The notes below the pieces were generated by a model, which had not been told where the DNA came from, made no database searches, and saw only the letters and a list, made by a program, of their open reading frames with translations. Positions 41,483 to 54,474 of a stretch of 64,000 nt of DNA are shown here, piece after piece. Both the position numbers and the translations under genes were made by a program. Position 1 is the first letter of the stretch. Each line of letters opens with the position of its first letter. The DNA comes from Callorhinchus milii (Eukaryota), in the NCBI RefSeq assembly GCF_018977255.1, contig NW_024704742.1, positions 112,222,001 through 112,286,000 of the forward strand, given 5' to 3'.

Positions 41483-42448
41483 GAAAGGAAAAGGTGTTGT
41501 GTCCAACAATCCTCCAGAGAAATTTATTTGTATACTTCATGGCTGTTCATGGGACATTGATGCTGTCTTTACCTCCAAATACAGTCAAATTACAACAACT
41601 AGCTGTGAAACTCCTTCAGATGGTTCAATGTCATAACCCTATATAAAATTGACTATAACTAGCGTCGAATACAGAATTAGCAAAATGAATTTGAATTTAG
41701 AGATTAGATTATTTGCCACAAAATAAAGACTATATGGAACAAATTCTGAGTAAAAGAAATCAATGCCTTGTAAATTAACTCCCTTTAAACAGTTGGATAA
41801 ATATCGGTTAGGCACCAAATTGAACTTGATATTTGTGTATATTTCAGTGTTTTAATGTGTGAGCTGAAAGTTCACAAGAAAAACTCAGAGATGGGAGTCT
41901 TTTAAACACCAAGGTTTAAAACGGAAATGCCAAGACATAAAGTGAGCACAGAAAGTACTGAAGGTGAATTATCTCTCACTGAAGGTGAGAGAATGTAAAG
42001 AATTGGGACACGAGTAAAGATTAAGGAACAAACAAATAGATACTATTTGAGAAAGGCATTCAAAGAGTGGAGAAAAGTAATGAAATTAAAAGTAATTTAG
42101 AAACTGGGCATAAATAGCTGCCATTATTTTTCACCAAATTCCTGAAGGTTCACAACCCTGAAGGTTATCGGAAGTACTCGAGCAGCTGTCGAATGTGATG
42201 ACTGATTAGATAGATATAGGATCAACGTGACACATAGATGTTAACACCTCACATGGCCCAACCTGCTCAGGTGGACAGAGTTGATGTTAAGACATGGTCT
42301 GTCGATTGGAATAAGCTAAACAGGCTGAATGATCTTTACCCATTAAATGCTTTCCAATGTTCTGGTTAATGAATTTGATAACCAGAGTTGTTCAATTCAG
42401 AGATATTTGGCTCATTATGCTTACACAATCATGCAATCTATTTGGTGA

Positions 42449-42732
42449 ATAATAATAATCCTTGCATTTGTAATAGCGCCTCAAGTCATTGAGACATTTC
42501 AAAGCACTTCACAGGATATACTATAAAGTGGATTGATTGTGTTTTGTGAGAGAAATGTGGCAGACAATTGTGCATAGTAATGTCCCACAAACAGCCATGG
42601 AGTGAGTGAGCGATCTTACCTGGGACATTTGTTGGCCAGGACACTGGGAGACACTCCCTTCTCTTTTTGAATAGATCTTTAATGTCCCCTGAACAGGCAG
42701 GTGGGAACTCGTTTTAATGGCTCATCCGAAGT
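42449..42732 (-). mobile_element. DeuSINE 3' part
   Basis: aataataatccttgcatttg tail, tgtcccacaaacagc, ctcatccgaa. Confidence 0.8.
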
Positions 42733-42867
42733 ACAGATATGTATAAATGATTTGACTAAAATGTTTGCATCTATGCACACTCTGCTAACATGAAATTTAG
42801 AAAATGATTAGTTTTGTATGTCAGATTAATTAATTTTCTGGCTATGGAGTCTTTTGATAAAACATGA

Positions 42868-43330
42868 AATTACGTAGATTGCACAGCACAGAAACAGACC
42901 ATGGAAACAGGCTACCATCGAGTCTGTGATGATGTTTATGCTTCCCTGAGCCTCGACTCCTTCAAATTCTCTCTCCCATACTTTTCTGTTACCTTCTCCC
43001 TTGTGCATACATTGAGTTTCCTCTTAAATAGATTGATGTTTTCTGCTTTAATCACAGCTTACAGCAGTGAGTTAGTTCCACATTCTCACTACCATCTGCA
43101 GAAAGAGGATCCTCATAAACTCCCTATTAGACCTATTAGAGACTATCTGTATTTATATCCCCTTGTTTTGGACTGACCAACAAGTGGAAATAGCCTATTA
43201 ATGTCAACTTTATCAAATCCTTTCAGTTTAAATACGTCTATTAGGTGCCCACTCAATCATCTCACCTGCAGCAAGAAAAGCTCTAAACTGCCCAATCTTT
43301 CCTGAGAGCTGTATTCACTCATTCCTGCTA
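42868..43330 (-). mobile_element. Old CR1 3' end
   Basis: cacagcacagaaacag UTR, gttccacattctcactacc, caagtggaaatagc. Confidence 0.7.
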
Positions 43331-43518
43331 AAATTCCAGGCCCTACAATGCCCTCTTTATTCCTTCATTCTTTCACTGGACATGAACATGGCCTTCATTA
43401 TATATTATATATTAATGACCTGGATTTGCTGACCCACTCTAACATAGTTACGTTTGCAGATGTCATCAAGTTGAAGGGAACTGTAGCATCAGAGGACACA
43501 GCAAAGGTCCTACAAAGA

Positions 43519-43695
43519 GGAGTCCTGTAACTCAATGGTTAGAACACTCGCCTCGCAAGCGAGAGACCTGGTTTCGATTCCCGGCAGGGAAACGTTGGGC
43601 AAGTTTCCTTACCCCCCCCGCAGTAAGTAGGAACCCAGTTGTTAGTCGATTAGTGGATTGCTTTTCCAGGGGTAATAATTCCTTCAAAAATTATA
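43519..43695 (+). mobile_element. tRNA-headed SINE 5' half (tail at ~44475-44514)
   Basis: ggagtcctgtaactcaatggttagaacactcgcctcgcaagcgag...ttcgattcccgg, then CORE-like segment. Confidence 0.85.
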
Positions 43696-43697
43696 AT

Positions 43698-44475
43698 ACA
43701 ACAACAACAACAACAACAAGATTCCATTTATAAAGCGCCTTTCACGTCAGGAGGACGTCCCAAGGCGCTGCACAGTTGGGTCATGACCCGAGCAGGGGGG
43801 AAATGGTCAGGGTGAGGGGAGGGAAGGGAGGGAGCGGGGAGGGGGGAAATGGTCAGGGTGAGGGAAGGGAGGGAGCAAGGAGGGGGAAATGGTCAGGGTG
43901 AGGGGAGGGAAGGGAGGGAGCGAGGAGGGGGAAGAGAGTCGAGAGGGGAGCTGAAGGCACGGTCAAAGAGAAAGGTTTTGAGACCGGCCTTGAAGGAGGA
44001 AAGGGAGGAAGTAAGGCGAAGGCACTGGGGGATGGAGTTCCAGAGCCTGGGGGCTGAGAGGCTGAAGGCCCGACCACCGATGGTAGGGCGGTTGGGGCGG
44101 GGGACGTGGAGCAGACCAGAGCCAGAGGAACGGAGGGTACGGGCAGGTAGGTAGGGGGATAGTAGGTTGGAGAGGTAGGAGGGAGCAAGGCCGTGAATGG
44201 CCTTGTAGGTGAGGATGAGGATCTTGAAATCAATCCTCTGGGGGATGGGGAGCCAGTGGAGGCGAGCGAGGGTGGGAGTGATGTGGTCGCGAAGCCTGGT
44301 GCGGGACAGTACACGAGCTGCAGAGTTCTGAATGACCTGCAGCTTGTGGAGGGAGGTGGCGGGAAGGCCGGCGAGGAGAGAGTTCCCATAGTCCAGCCTT
44401 GAGGTGACAAAGGCGTGGACCAGGGTTTCAGCAGCGTGAGGGGTGAGGTAGTGCCGTAGTCTGGCGATGTTCCGA
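43698..44475 (-). mobile_element. Young L2 3' fragment with triplicated ~41-47 bp UTR unit (43796-43930)
   Basis: Nearly identical to 8700-9370; (caa)n tail. Confidence 0.92.
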
Positions 44476-44941
44476 TGTGATAAGGTGCTATATCAAATGC
44501 AAGGATTATTATTATAAAGCGATCTTGATAGGATATTCACATGGGCTTTATCTGGCAAATAGAGTTTAATACAGATAAATGCAAGGTACTATAAATACGA
44601 AGTAAGAATAGGAAACGTACTGCTTAGATAGGATAGAACTTGTCAGGGGTGGAGCTGAAAGATATTTAGGGGTGTTTGTTGACATTTTGCTCATTATGTC
44701 AAAACAATGTGAGGCAGCAATAAACAAAGCAAACATAATGCTGGGCAATAGTGCTAAATCAGTTGAGTTTATATTCCCCAGATGTTATACACATGTTGTA
44801 GAATGCTTTGATCTTGCCAGTCTCACAAGATGCCCATTACTCCTCTTTGTGTCTATTTCTATCAGAAGTTTGTGGGTACATGCCCCCATTGGGACTTTGA
44901 TCTCACAGTCTAGGCTGACACTCCAATGTAAAGTACTGGTG

Positions 44942-45990
44942 AACAACAACAAAAAAATTACATTTGTATAGCACCTTTCATGTCGGAAGGACGGCCCAAG
45001 GTGCTGGACAGTCAGTTTTGGACCCGAACTGGGGGTCAGGTTTGGGGAGAGTGGAGGGCAGGAGGGGAAAGAGGATGATCGAAAGCACGGTCAAAGAGGA
45101 GAGTCTTGAGATGGATCTTGAAGGAGGCAAGGGAGTGGGCGAGGTGGAGGGACTGTGGGATAGAGTTCCAGAGGGTGGGGGCAGAGTGGCAGAAGGCCTG
45201 CCTGCCCACCCGCCAATAGTGGGAGAGTGAGGCAGGGGACATAAAGTAGGCCAGAGCCTGCTGAGCGGAGGGAGCGAGCAAGTTGATAGAGGGTTAGGAG
45301 GGGGGAGTGAGGCCATAGAGGACTTTGAAGGTGAAGACCAGGATCTTGAACTGTAACCTCTGTGTGATGGGAAGCCAGTGGAATCGGGTGAGTATGGGGG
45401 TGATAAGGTCGGGGAGCCTGGTGCAAGAGAGAACACAGGCTACAGAAATCTGGATGATCTGCAGCCTATGGAGGGAGGAGTTGGGGGGGCCGACAAGCAA
45501 GGAGTTTGCATAGTCAAGCCTAGATGTTATGAAAGCATGTATGAGGCTTTCGGCGGCCTGTGGTGTGAGACAGTGGCGGAGCTGGGTGATGTTGCTGAGA
45601 TGGGGGACGGCAGGGCACGTCATGGCGCAGATGTGGGGTAGAAGGAATAGTTGAGGGTCAAATAAGATGCCAAGGTTCTAGACTGGCTCAGTGAGCTGGG
45701 GTGTGCATCCATGGATGGTGATGTTGTCAGTGCCTGAGGTGTGGAGGCGCCAACGGGAGCTAATCAGGAGGACCTTAGTTTTATTGACATTCAACTGAAG
45801 AAAGTTAGCTCTCATCCAGGACTTGATGTCTGACAGACATTCTGTCAGGACAGCAGTGGTCCTGCAGTCAAGGGTGGAGGCAGAGAGATAGAATTGGGTG
45901 TCATCCACACACATGTGGAAGTTGACCCTATGTCTGCAGATGATGTCACCAAGAGGGAGCATATCGATATTGAAGGGGACCAAGGACATC
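44942..45990 (-). mobile_element. L2 LINE RT 3' part
   Basis: MLPLGDIICRH..HMCVDDTQFY..WMRANFLQLNVNKTK, SRLDYANSLL, FHWLP. Confidence 0.9.
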
Positions 45991-48900
45991 CTTCAGATGA
46001 GACATTACACCAAGGTCCCACCTGCCTGTTCTTGTAAACATTTAAGACCCATCACACTAATTGGAAAGAGAAGGCAAATTGGTTGCCGTGTTTGACTACA
46101 AATATAAAGTCACTACACTTCACAGTAAAGCACTTTGAGACATCTTGACGATCTGATAAGGTGCTGTACCAAATGCATGGAATATTATTTTCCAGCTATT
46201 TTTTAATCCATTCTGCTGCTTCTACCATGATTCCACATGCCCTGATTTTAGCCATGAATCTGTGTTGGACTCTGTTGTGCGCAATTGGCTGCCCCGTTTC
46301 GACAACAAAATATACAATCAATTCACTTTACAGTATATTCTCAAAGACATGATAAGGCAATATATCAAATGCAAGGAATATTGTATATAATTATGTGGCA
46401 CCTTATCGGAAGCCTTCTATAAATCCATATACACCTCATCCACAGCATTTCCTTTATCTACTTTATCTGTTAGTTCAAAATATTTGATAATGTTGATCAA
46501 GCATGACCTTCCTCATAAATTCACACTAGCTGCCTTTAATTATATTCCTCGAGATGCTTAGTTATTTCATCCATTACTATAGACTTTGATGTAAAATATT
46601 AATGGTGAAAAATAAGGAATCAAATAATGCATCCTTAATTTTCTTTCTTGCCTCCACCACCACCCCCCCCAAGAACAGTAGAGCAGATAATTGAACTCTT
46701 AGTATCATTATTGCTGACTTTCCCACAGGCTGATCACTGCACTCTAGGTGATGAGGGTATCTTTAGTGGTTTACATTCCACTTTCATATATTTTAACATG
46801 GGTTTAATACTGCAGTAAATGAGCACCACACTAGTGAATTGAAAACACCAATTTATCCAATTATTGGGAGGGTGGGGGGCAGGTCCAATTATCTAAAGTA
46901 CATTAGTCGTGTTCTGATACTTTAAAGGCCTTACAGCAGTAGCAAAAAATAAGTCGTAGTTAGATCATATTTTATTACTTCTGATACCCCCAACAAAGCA
47001 TCCATCTGTTGAAGATCTGCACACTGTAGAGCAGACACTGTATTTCCTGACAAGAAACATGAGGTCTTGCAGTGGAAAGATAAGAGAAGGAAGAATTGGC
47101 CACATTCTCACGAAAGAATGGACAAGCCACAAATGAACTCTTTGGTCCTATTAGTACATACATTTCAAAAAGGTTTGGGTCATAGCAAGGTGATTTACAG
47201 AGCTGTGTGAAACGTTACTTTGAGCTAGGAAGAGAGTTCCTCAGTGATTCCAAATAATTTGCCTATGACTTAAAACCATAGCAGCCACTCGTTTCTTGTC
47301 TTGTTCGGCCTCTCCAGGCCCTAGGAGGATATCATTGCAGTGTTTTATACAAGCTTGCATCCTGTCCTCATGGTTTAGCACGAAAGTCTGCAGTTTGGGC
47401 AAATGGGACTTCAAAGGGCAAACATTATGCTTATTGGTTATTTAGTGTGATGAAATGAAAGCATAAACAATGATAGAATGGAGATGCAGTGGAATTAACT
47501 TGAGTTACTGGCTTGAGATACAACAGAACTAACTAAAACAATGCCATTCACAATGAAAATATATCAACTTTCATCATTGCACTTATGGTGGAATAGATAA
47601 ATAATTCACTCCACTTATCCTATCCATCGGCATATATAATATTTCCAGCTCAAATTTATACCGATGAAAATATTGTAATTAGCATTTCATTAATAATCTA
47701 AAATAATAAGTGGATATAATAATTCAAATGTAAAAGAACTTTCAAAATGATACTGTTGCCCATGAGGTGTTATGATAGATCGGATGGCAAACAGTTGTAC
47801 ACACTTCAGATATGGGTAACCAGAAAAGCATATATTTCAGATTACTGTTCTCAGTGCATTCCCCGTGTAATAAGGGAAGTGTATAGTGCTATGTTGCTCC
47901 TGCAGGGGAGTCTGAATAAGAACAAGGACCATTTGGCAGCTTCAGGCTCACAACAACCTCCTCTGTTACGGTTTGTAACCATCAGGAAGCTGATGGTGGG
48001 GATGAAATGCTGGCACAGCACCAAAGAAATTTTTACACCTGAACAGACTGCTGAACACTTGCAGAATGTATGAAAAGATAACTTGTACAAAATGAAACAG
48101 AATCTACCAGGAAACTGAAGCAAGCTTTCACCATCCTGCGACAAACTGTTGTGTTGCTTTACAGAGATTTCAAAGCTCTCACGTTCAATTCAATCTTTGT
48201 CTTTATATTGGAAATTGATGGTTTTCAGATGGATCATTTGGGGGAGAAACTAGATAATTGCAGGAGAAGTTAATATGTGCAGATATTTGGCTCAGTTATG
48301 AATTAATTCTATTACTTTATGTCCCCATTGCATTTGCCCAGCCAGAGGGCCAGAGTGAGAGTAAGGGAACTATTCCCCTACAATTAATTTGTACTGAGAT
48401 GTACATGCAGTCCGCCCCCTATTCAGCATAGAAATAATAGAAACAGACAACCACTTTATTTGGAATAATTGAAGCCCATAAGATTGTTTGCGCAAAAATA
48501 ACTGAACACTAGTTGGCAAGCAGGCCAGGGTAATAACCTCTCACGGGACAAGTTGGCGCAGGTTCAGAGATATGAAGGAGAATTTTACGGCAGACATCAA
48601 GAATTATTCGCAGAGAGCAATCAACAGCTGGATCAACTGGGAAAGGTGTTAAAGGTTGAGACACTGAAGTTGTTCAAGAAACAGCTTGATAGTGCATTAC
48701 TAATAGGTAAAGTGGGTATTATAGAACGACGAGATCAAATGGACTGAAGGGGCTTCCTTATCCAAAGTATTCTTGTGTTCTTGTGACCGGGAACTCTGAC
48801 CATCCCAAATTGTTAAGCAATACTGAGGCATTTCCCTGGAGACACATTTCCTGTCCTTGTTGCCCTCTGAGGAGTGACGGAGGAGGTTTCTGATGGATCT

Positions 48901-49342
48901 GAGCTGAGAAAAAGAAAATATTGAAGGCTACATGTCCAAAACTTCCACACCCTTATCATTTCCCTCTGTCTACACTAACAGATTTGTTAATGCTCATTAT
49001 AAGACTATTCAATGCTCCAGCACTGCCTTAAAATGATCGGTTCCTTAACTTTTATTACATCAAGCATGACACTGAAGTGTTCAGGGGAAAATAATCTTCT
49101 CCCATTTTTCTTAAACATTTGAATTTACCACTTGATATCCTTCTTAATGGCTTTAAATGCCCCCCTAAAATCTTAATATAACAATAAAGTATGAATTTTA
49201 AAATGTCAAATGAACTTATTATGTGACGTATGTTAGTAAGGCGCTATATCAAATGCAAAGATTATTATTATTATTTGTTTTGCAATGCATAACACACAGA
49301 CTTTTTACTCCATATATATTTACAAGAGGTACGTCCAGCAAA

Positions 49343-49655
49343 AATAATAATAAGCCTTACATTTTATTTAGCACTTTTTACGTCTTCTAGACGTCCCAAA
49401 GCGATTCACAGAATATACTGTAAAGTGAATTGACTGTACATTTGTGGGCGAAACACGGCAGCCAATTACACAGAGCAGTGTCCCACAAACAGTTGTGGAT
49501 TGAAGTGAACAATTTATTATTGTTTGTTTTTCTTGAGGGATTATTATCAGGCGTGTGGAGTAAGGAAACTTGCCCATGGTTTCTCCCTGCCGGGAATCGA
49601 ACACAGGTCTCATGCTTGCGAGGCAAGTGCTCTAACCACTGAGCTACAGGACTCC
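49343..49655 (-). mobile_element. Full-length tRNA-headed SINE (short variant)
   Basis: Minus strand: ggagtcctgtagctcagtggttagagcac head, Deu-type 3' part, tail. Confidence 0.88.
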
Positions 49656-49994
49656 CNAAAAAAACCACACAAAGGAATAAAACAAAGCTGATGTGTTTTA
49701 TGGCAATGTCTGCAAAAAAAACCTTTTTGAGATATGCTAAAACACATTCATTGCAAACTGGAAGTTATTGCATTAATTATGGCTTTTGTTTCACCAATCT
49801 AGGATTGTAAGAGTTGCGGAATGAGGAACTACAAATCCCCAACCGACAAAGCTTGTAAAAAGACCAGGAAGCAAATGGAGAAGGTCGAGAATATTTGGAT
49901 GCTCTTTCTTTTTAGGACTTTATTGGCTTGGAATTCACTATGGTCCATTTTGGGAACCTCACAATAAAACATTTTCATCACAATTCAAGTCATT

Positions 49995-50255
49995 TAGCTC
50001 ATGGTTGTTTGTAGGACATTGCTGTATAAATTGTCTTCCAGATTTACCTACAAATACATAGTCATTGCACTTTACAGAAACGTTTTGAAGCTCTTTGACA
50101 TGTCTCGAAGCTAGAGAGAAAATATCAAATATAAGGAATATTATTATAGTAATAATAATCCTTACAATTGGTGCAGCTCTTTTCATATTGGGAGGATTTC
50201 TCAACACACTTTACAGGAATGTAATGTAAAGTGTAGACTGTGTGTTTGTGGCCAA
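49995..50255. mobile_element. Two SINE 3' tails, tail-to-tail
   Basis: tgtaggacattgctgt...aaggaatattatt followed by aataataatccttac... Confidence 0.65.
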
Positions 50256-51108
50256 ATTTATTGTAATAAATCTGTTATGAAACTTTGCAATTTAGAGCCT
50301 ATTAGAGTGATTAGAAACATTTGTATATTCATACGTCAACTGTTGTAGTGTTATACAGTGTATTGAAGTCTTGAGCTGTGTGATTGAGCAATGCATAAGT
50401 AAAGCACCTCCTGGCATTATTACTAGAAAATGTCATGTATCATGTACAAAACTAAAATATCACTGAAGTACTATCTTGGTTTAACACTGCAGCGCAAATG
50501 ATTAAAAATACCAGTCGTAGTTGTAGGTTAAATCACACCTGATAGATCACGCCTACTCATTGTGCAAGCAAGCTATCTGCTGGAGCACACCTTCTTGTGC
50601 TATAAACAGAGTGGAGGACAGCTAGGAGTTTGGTTTACGCAGGCTGTGGCTCCTAGCTGTGGGTTTCATAACTCACTTCCGTGCTCATAGGGTCATCCTC
50701 AAGGGTGAAAAAATAAATCTGTATGTCACTGTTACCTATCTAGTACCCTATATCTTCTAAAGCATATGTAGCCACATGAAATATGCTGACGAATTGGCCG
50801 ATTATTTTCTCTGCGAGCCTGTTTCAGATCTTTCAGATTGTCATTGAGAACATTTGTTTCTCGCTCATCACTCCACGCTAAAAGGGGATTTTAGCACAGC
50901 CCGATTTCTCTTGCATGCCCCTACTGTTGGCATAACCAACTATGACTGATAACGTTGGAAGTGGCAGTTTATTTTATCTGCAGCTTGCAAACCAAAAAAT
51001 CCAGATCTTCTGAAATAAAAGCTATATGGCTGCTGATGGCCAGCCTGGTACCCTCCCAGCTGCTTGCTGTTTGTGCCCAGTTATCCTGGCTTTAGAAGGA
51101 GTGGCATT

Positions 51109-51128
51109 TGCTGCCCTCTAGCGCACTG
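51109..51128 (-). promoter_or_regulatory. CTCF-like motif
   Basis: Minus strand CAGTGCGCTAGAGGGCAGCA resembles the CTCF core CCACTAGAGGGCAG. Confidence 0.4.
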
Positions 51129-54100
51129 TCGCAACATTGTCTTCAAATGGGCACATGTTGTGAATCTCTCCATTAGACAGCGATCAGCTGATTTGATGAC
51201 ACCACAGCCCTCCTTCCTCAGATATACCAATTGGCCCAGATATTCTAATCTCAAAGCTTTCCCCTTCTTATTGGATGCAAGCACTGCATATGCAGATTTT
51301 TTTTTCATCCTTGACTTCTGAGGCAATTGGTGCATGAAACAAAACCATTTTACTATAATTAAGCCACAACCCCAGGGTGGAGCTTGATGCCACCCTTGGC
51401 ATTGTGGTAAAGGTCGTATTTGGTCGTATCTTACATCTATATCCAGCATTCATATCAAAAGCATATTTTTATTAATGCAGCTTTTCAATATGAAATTTGA
51501 AGAATAGGGTTATAAAATTTCCAGAAGAGACAAAAATCATACAATGTAAAATGTATCCTTAGAAAGTGATTTTACTGTAGCATTTGTTTGTGTATCCCAA
51601 ACCAGGATGCATATTGGATGTGCATCCCAAAACACACTTCTACACCTATTCTCATGTAAACATAAGATTATAAATATTTTAAATATCATACTTTGGATTT
51701 TTTTAATGCTTCTACGTATGTTGTCCTGTTTTTGATTTCATGATATAAGGAAGTTCAGAACCATGCAGCAAGTTCTGCAGAAAATTTAAGATGCCTTTGA
51801 AACAGTATTTACTTATTTGATGTGCAATCTAGCACATTAATCAATTGAGTAACCTAGAACAATGTTTAGATATGCTGTTATTTATGAGGACAAATACAGT
51901 CAGTCGTGCATAAGGGGGTAATTGTTTTTCAAATGTATTAAGTTACACTTTCCCTGATTTCTTCTTGACTCTAGTGAAAATTGTAGCCTTGTCTCTTCCC
52001 GTGTTTAAGTCTGTTGAGAAACTATCAGCTTTCTTTTGGTTGTTTGGGTGATTATATTGAGGTAAATGGTGTCCATCTCCCTGTCTCTACAAGTGACATT
52101 CTAATGTATGAAGGGCAAGTTAAACCATCTCAAATCAGTGACACATTTTACAAATTATCACCTGAACAAAACTGCTGTTAAATCAGTACCTTAAAAAATT
52201 TTTAGTGCCTTAATAAAACAAGACATAACATGGACCAGTGAAAGAGATATTGAAAAATATAATAAAACATTTAAAATGTACCCAGTTCCTTTAGTGCAGC
52301 TACTAGCTGTAGAGTTAAAGGGACAGAAATGTCCAGAGGGATTATTCTATCTTAATTTTCCTTATTCTATAGAGAAAATACATTTAGAAAAGTGTATTTT
52401 ACTTAAGGGAAGAATCCTTACTTTTACAACAGTCCATATGCAAGAGTTATTGAGAAGCATTTTTAAAACTGACACCTCCTTTCCCCAGCTCAGGCTTCCA
52501 GTCAGTTGTGGGAAGGGCTTAAAGACATTCTCATGACATGAAAAGTTCTATGTAAATATAAATTGTTGTTCTTGTCACGTGTGTACATTACCTGGCCGTA
52601 TTAATCTCAATACCTTGGAATATGCCCAATTTGTTACTATCAGTTTTTAAGTTTGCATTATCTGTGCTGTAATTTTCCCTGATTCTATCAGTCATTATAC
52701 AATCAGATTGTTTGATGGCAGGAGGAGATGGGTACCAAGTAAAATTGAAAGTGAACTAGTAAAGTTCACTTTCAACTTTAGTAGGTATCATAACTGATTC
52801 AATGTGAAAACTATCATCAGTAGGAATTAAACTGAAAACAACAATGAGTTGATAAACTGTTCAATAGTTATTATCACCAGCTGATATTTACCAAATTTAG
52901 GTATAAAACACCAAATATTTTTCCCCATATATACTATATTTTTCATCTTTATTTAGAGGGATTGCAAGCAATAGAAAATACAACTCTTCTGTCACTTTTT
53001 TTCCCCCTTTAAAGGCTTGAAATTGCCCCTCTTTGTAGACTGTAACATTGTTTTGTCTTGAAATGTAAGGTCACACTGAATTGTGAAAAAAATCTGAAAT
53101 CCTGCCTTACGTTGGGAACCGGGTCTTTTTAACAATTGTGAGAAAACATCTTTCAAATCAAGACTGAGTTTAAGAATTTTCCACAATTTTACTTAGTTTT
53201 AAGTTGTAAGTTGAGACAATTGTACAGGCGAATAGGCGATATTTCAGGTCTTAAATATCCAGCACACTTATACTTCCAGAAATATTGTATCTAAAGCCTA
53301 ATAGACAGGGTTATTCTTTTTTGTAATGAATATTCTACAGGATTTCCAGAACATCCCTGCTTTCTGTCATATACCCAGAAAACCATTTTATTGTAAAATT
53401 CAAAAGCTAAACGTGTTAAATCCAATTGAGAAATAACTTATGAAACAATGTTCACAAGCAAACCCTCGGGTTTTAAAAAATAAAATAAAATTGATGTGCT
53501 GCTTCAGTCTTCTGAGGGTTAAAGTACACATTCTCATGATAGATCAATATAATGTCCTGCCAAATCGGTCCTACACTGAAAAAGGAGCTGATTGTTTAAT
53601 AGCTGAGTGACTGTGTGTGTCTGCGGGTGTCTGTCCTACATAGAGTCGGATCAAAGGCATTCTGCTACTAATTGTACTTGTCCACCATTATTTTTGGTTC
53701 CCTTGTCAAAGACACATAATCTTCATCTTCCCCTTTCAGACTGCACACATTCTGGTGCACATTATTTGAATATAACACATAGGTGCAGGACTCAAGAGCC
53801 GTGGCTGGGTTTTAGTCACACTGTTTTGCCAAATTAAATAAATATGTCAATTACATAATGGAATTCAGCAAAGTTTTGATTGTGTACTTTTATCACATTA
53901 TAAAATATTTATATACATTTTGCACTGTAAATCTAAATACAACTTGAAACATAGGATTTGTGTTGCCCTGTATTACTGCATGGATTCTGTAAAATGGAAG
54001 TACCAGTAGCAGCTTGACTCAGCAGTACCTGACCAGACTGCGGGATTTTGTACTGAAGATCCAACCTGACATTTCTACAGTAATATGAATTAATGAAGTA

Positions 54101-54474
54101 TCTCCCCCGTTGATGTAGAGAAGAGCCTTGCAGATCAGCTCACAAGATTAATCATAAAGGTTTTGCAAATTAAAATAAAAGGAGCCATTTAAAAATTAAC
54201 AATGCTGCCGACTCCATCAGCAGTATGTCCTTTCTATCCAAAATCAGTCCAGTTTTTTTTTAAAAAAAGCACTGAGGCTCGATGTACTGCTGGCAATGTC
54301 ATGAATTGGTACAATGACAGATGTACAATGTAGATCCAATCCCGTTATTCCCCGCAGTGTCCGCTCCCACTCACAGCCAGTGCCGCGCCCAGAACACATC
54401 AGACTCTGCAAACTGTGGGCGCAGCCAGAACCATATCATTTACACTGCATACTTTCCTCTGGATGACAAAGCTT

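Larger units (their letters stand above)
43405..44830 (+). mobile_element. CR1 RT fragment (43405-43518 and 44515-44830) interrupted by a SINE and an L2
   Basis: YINDLD..FADVIKL left of the insert; DLDRI..WQIEFNTDKCKVL and MSKQCEAAINKANIMLG right of it. Confidence 0.8.

Noticed and set aside
33311..51560. Other U12-donor-like RTATCCTT motifs (about 33311, 36463, 49135, 51552)
   Set aside because: No adjoining exon; they lie outside the coding gene.
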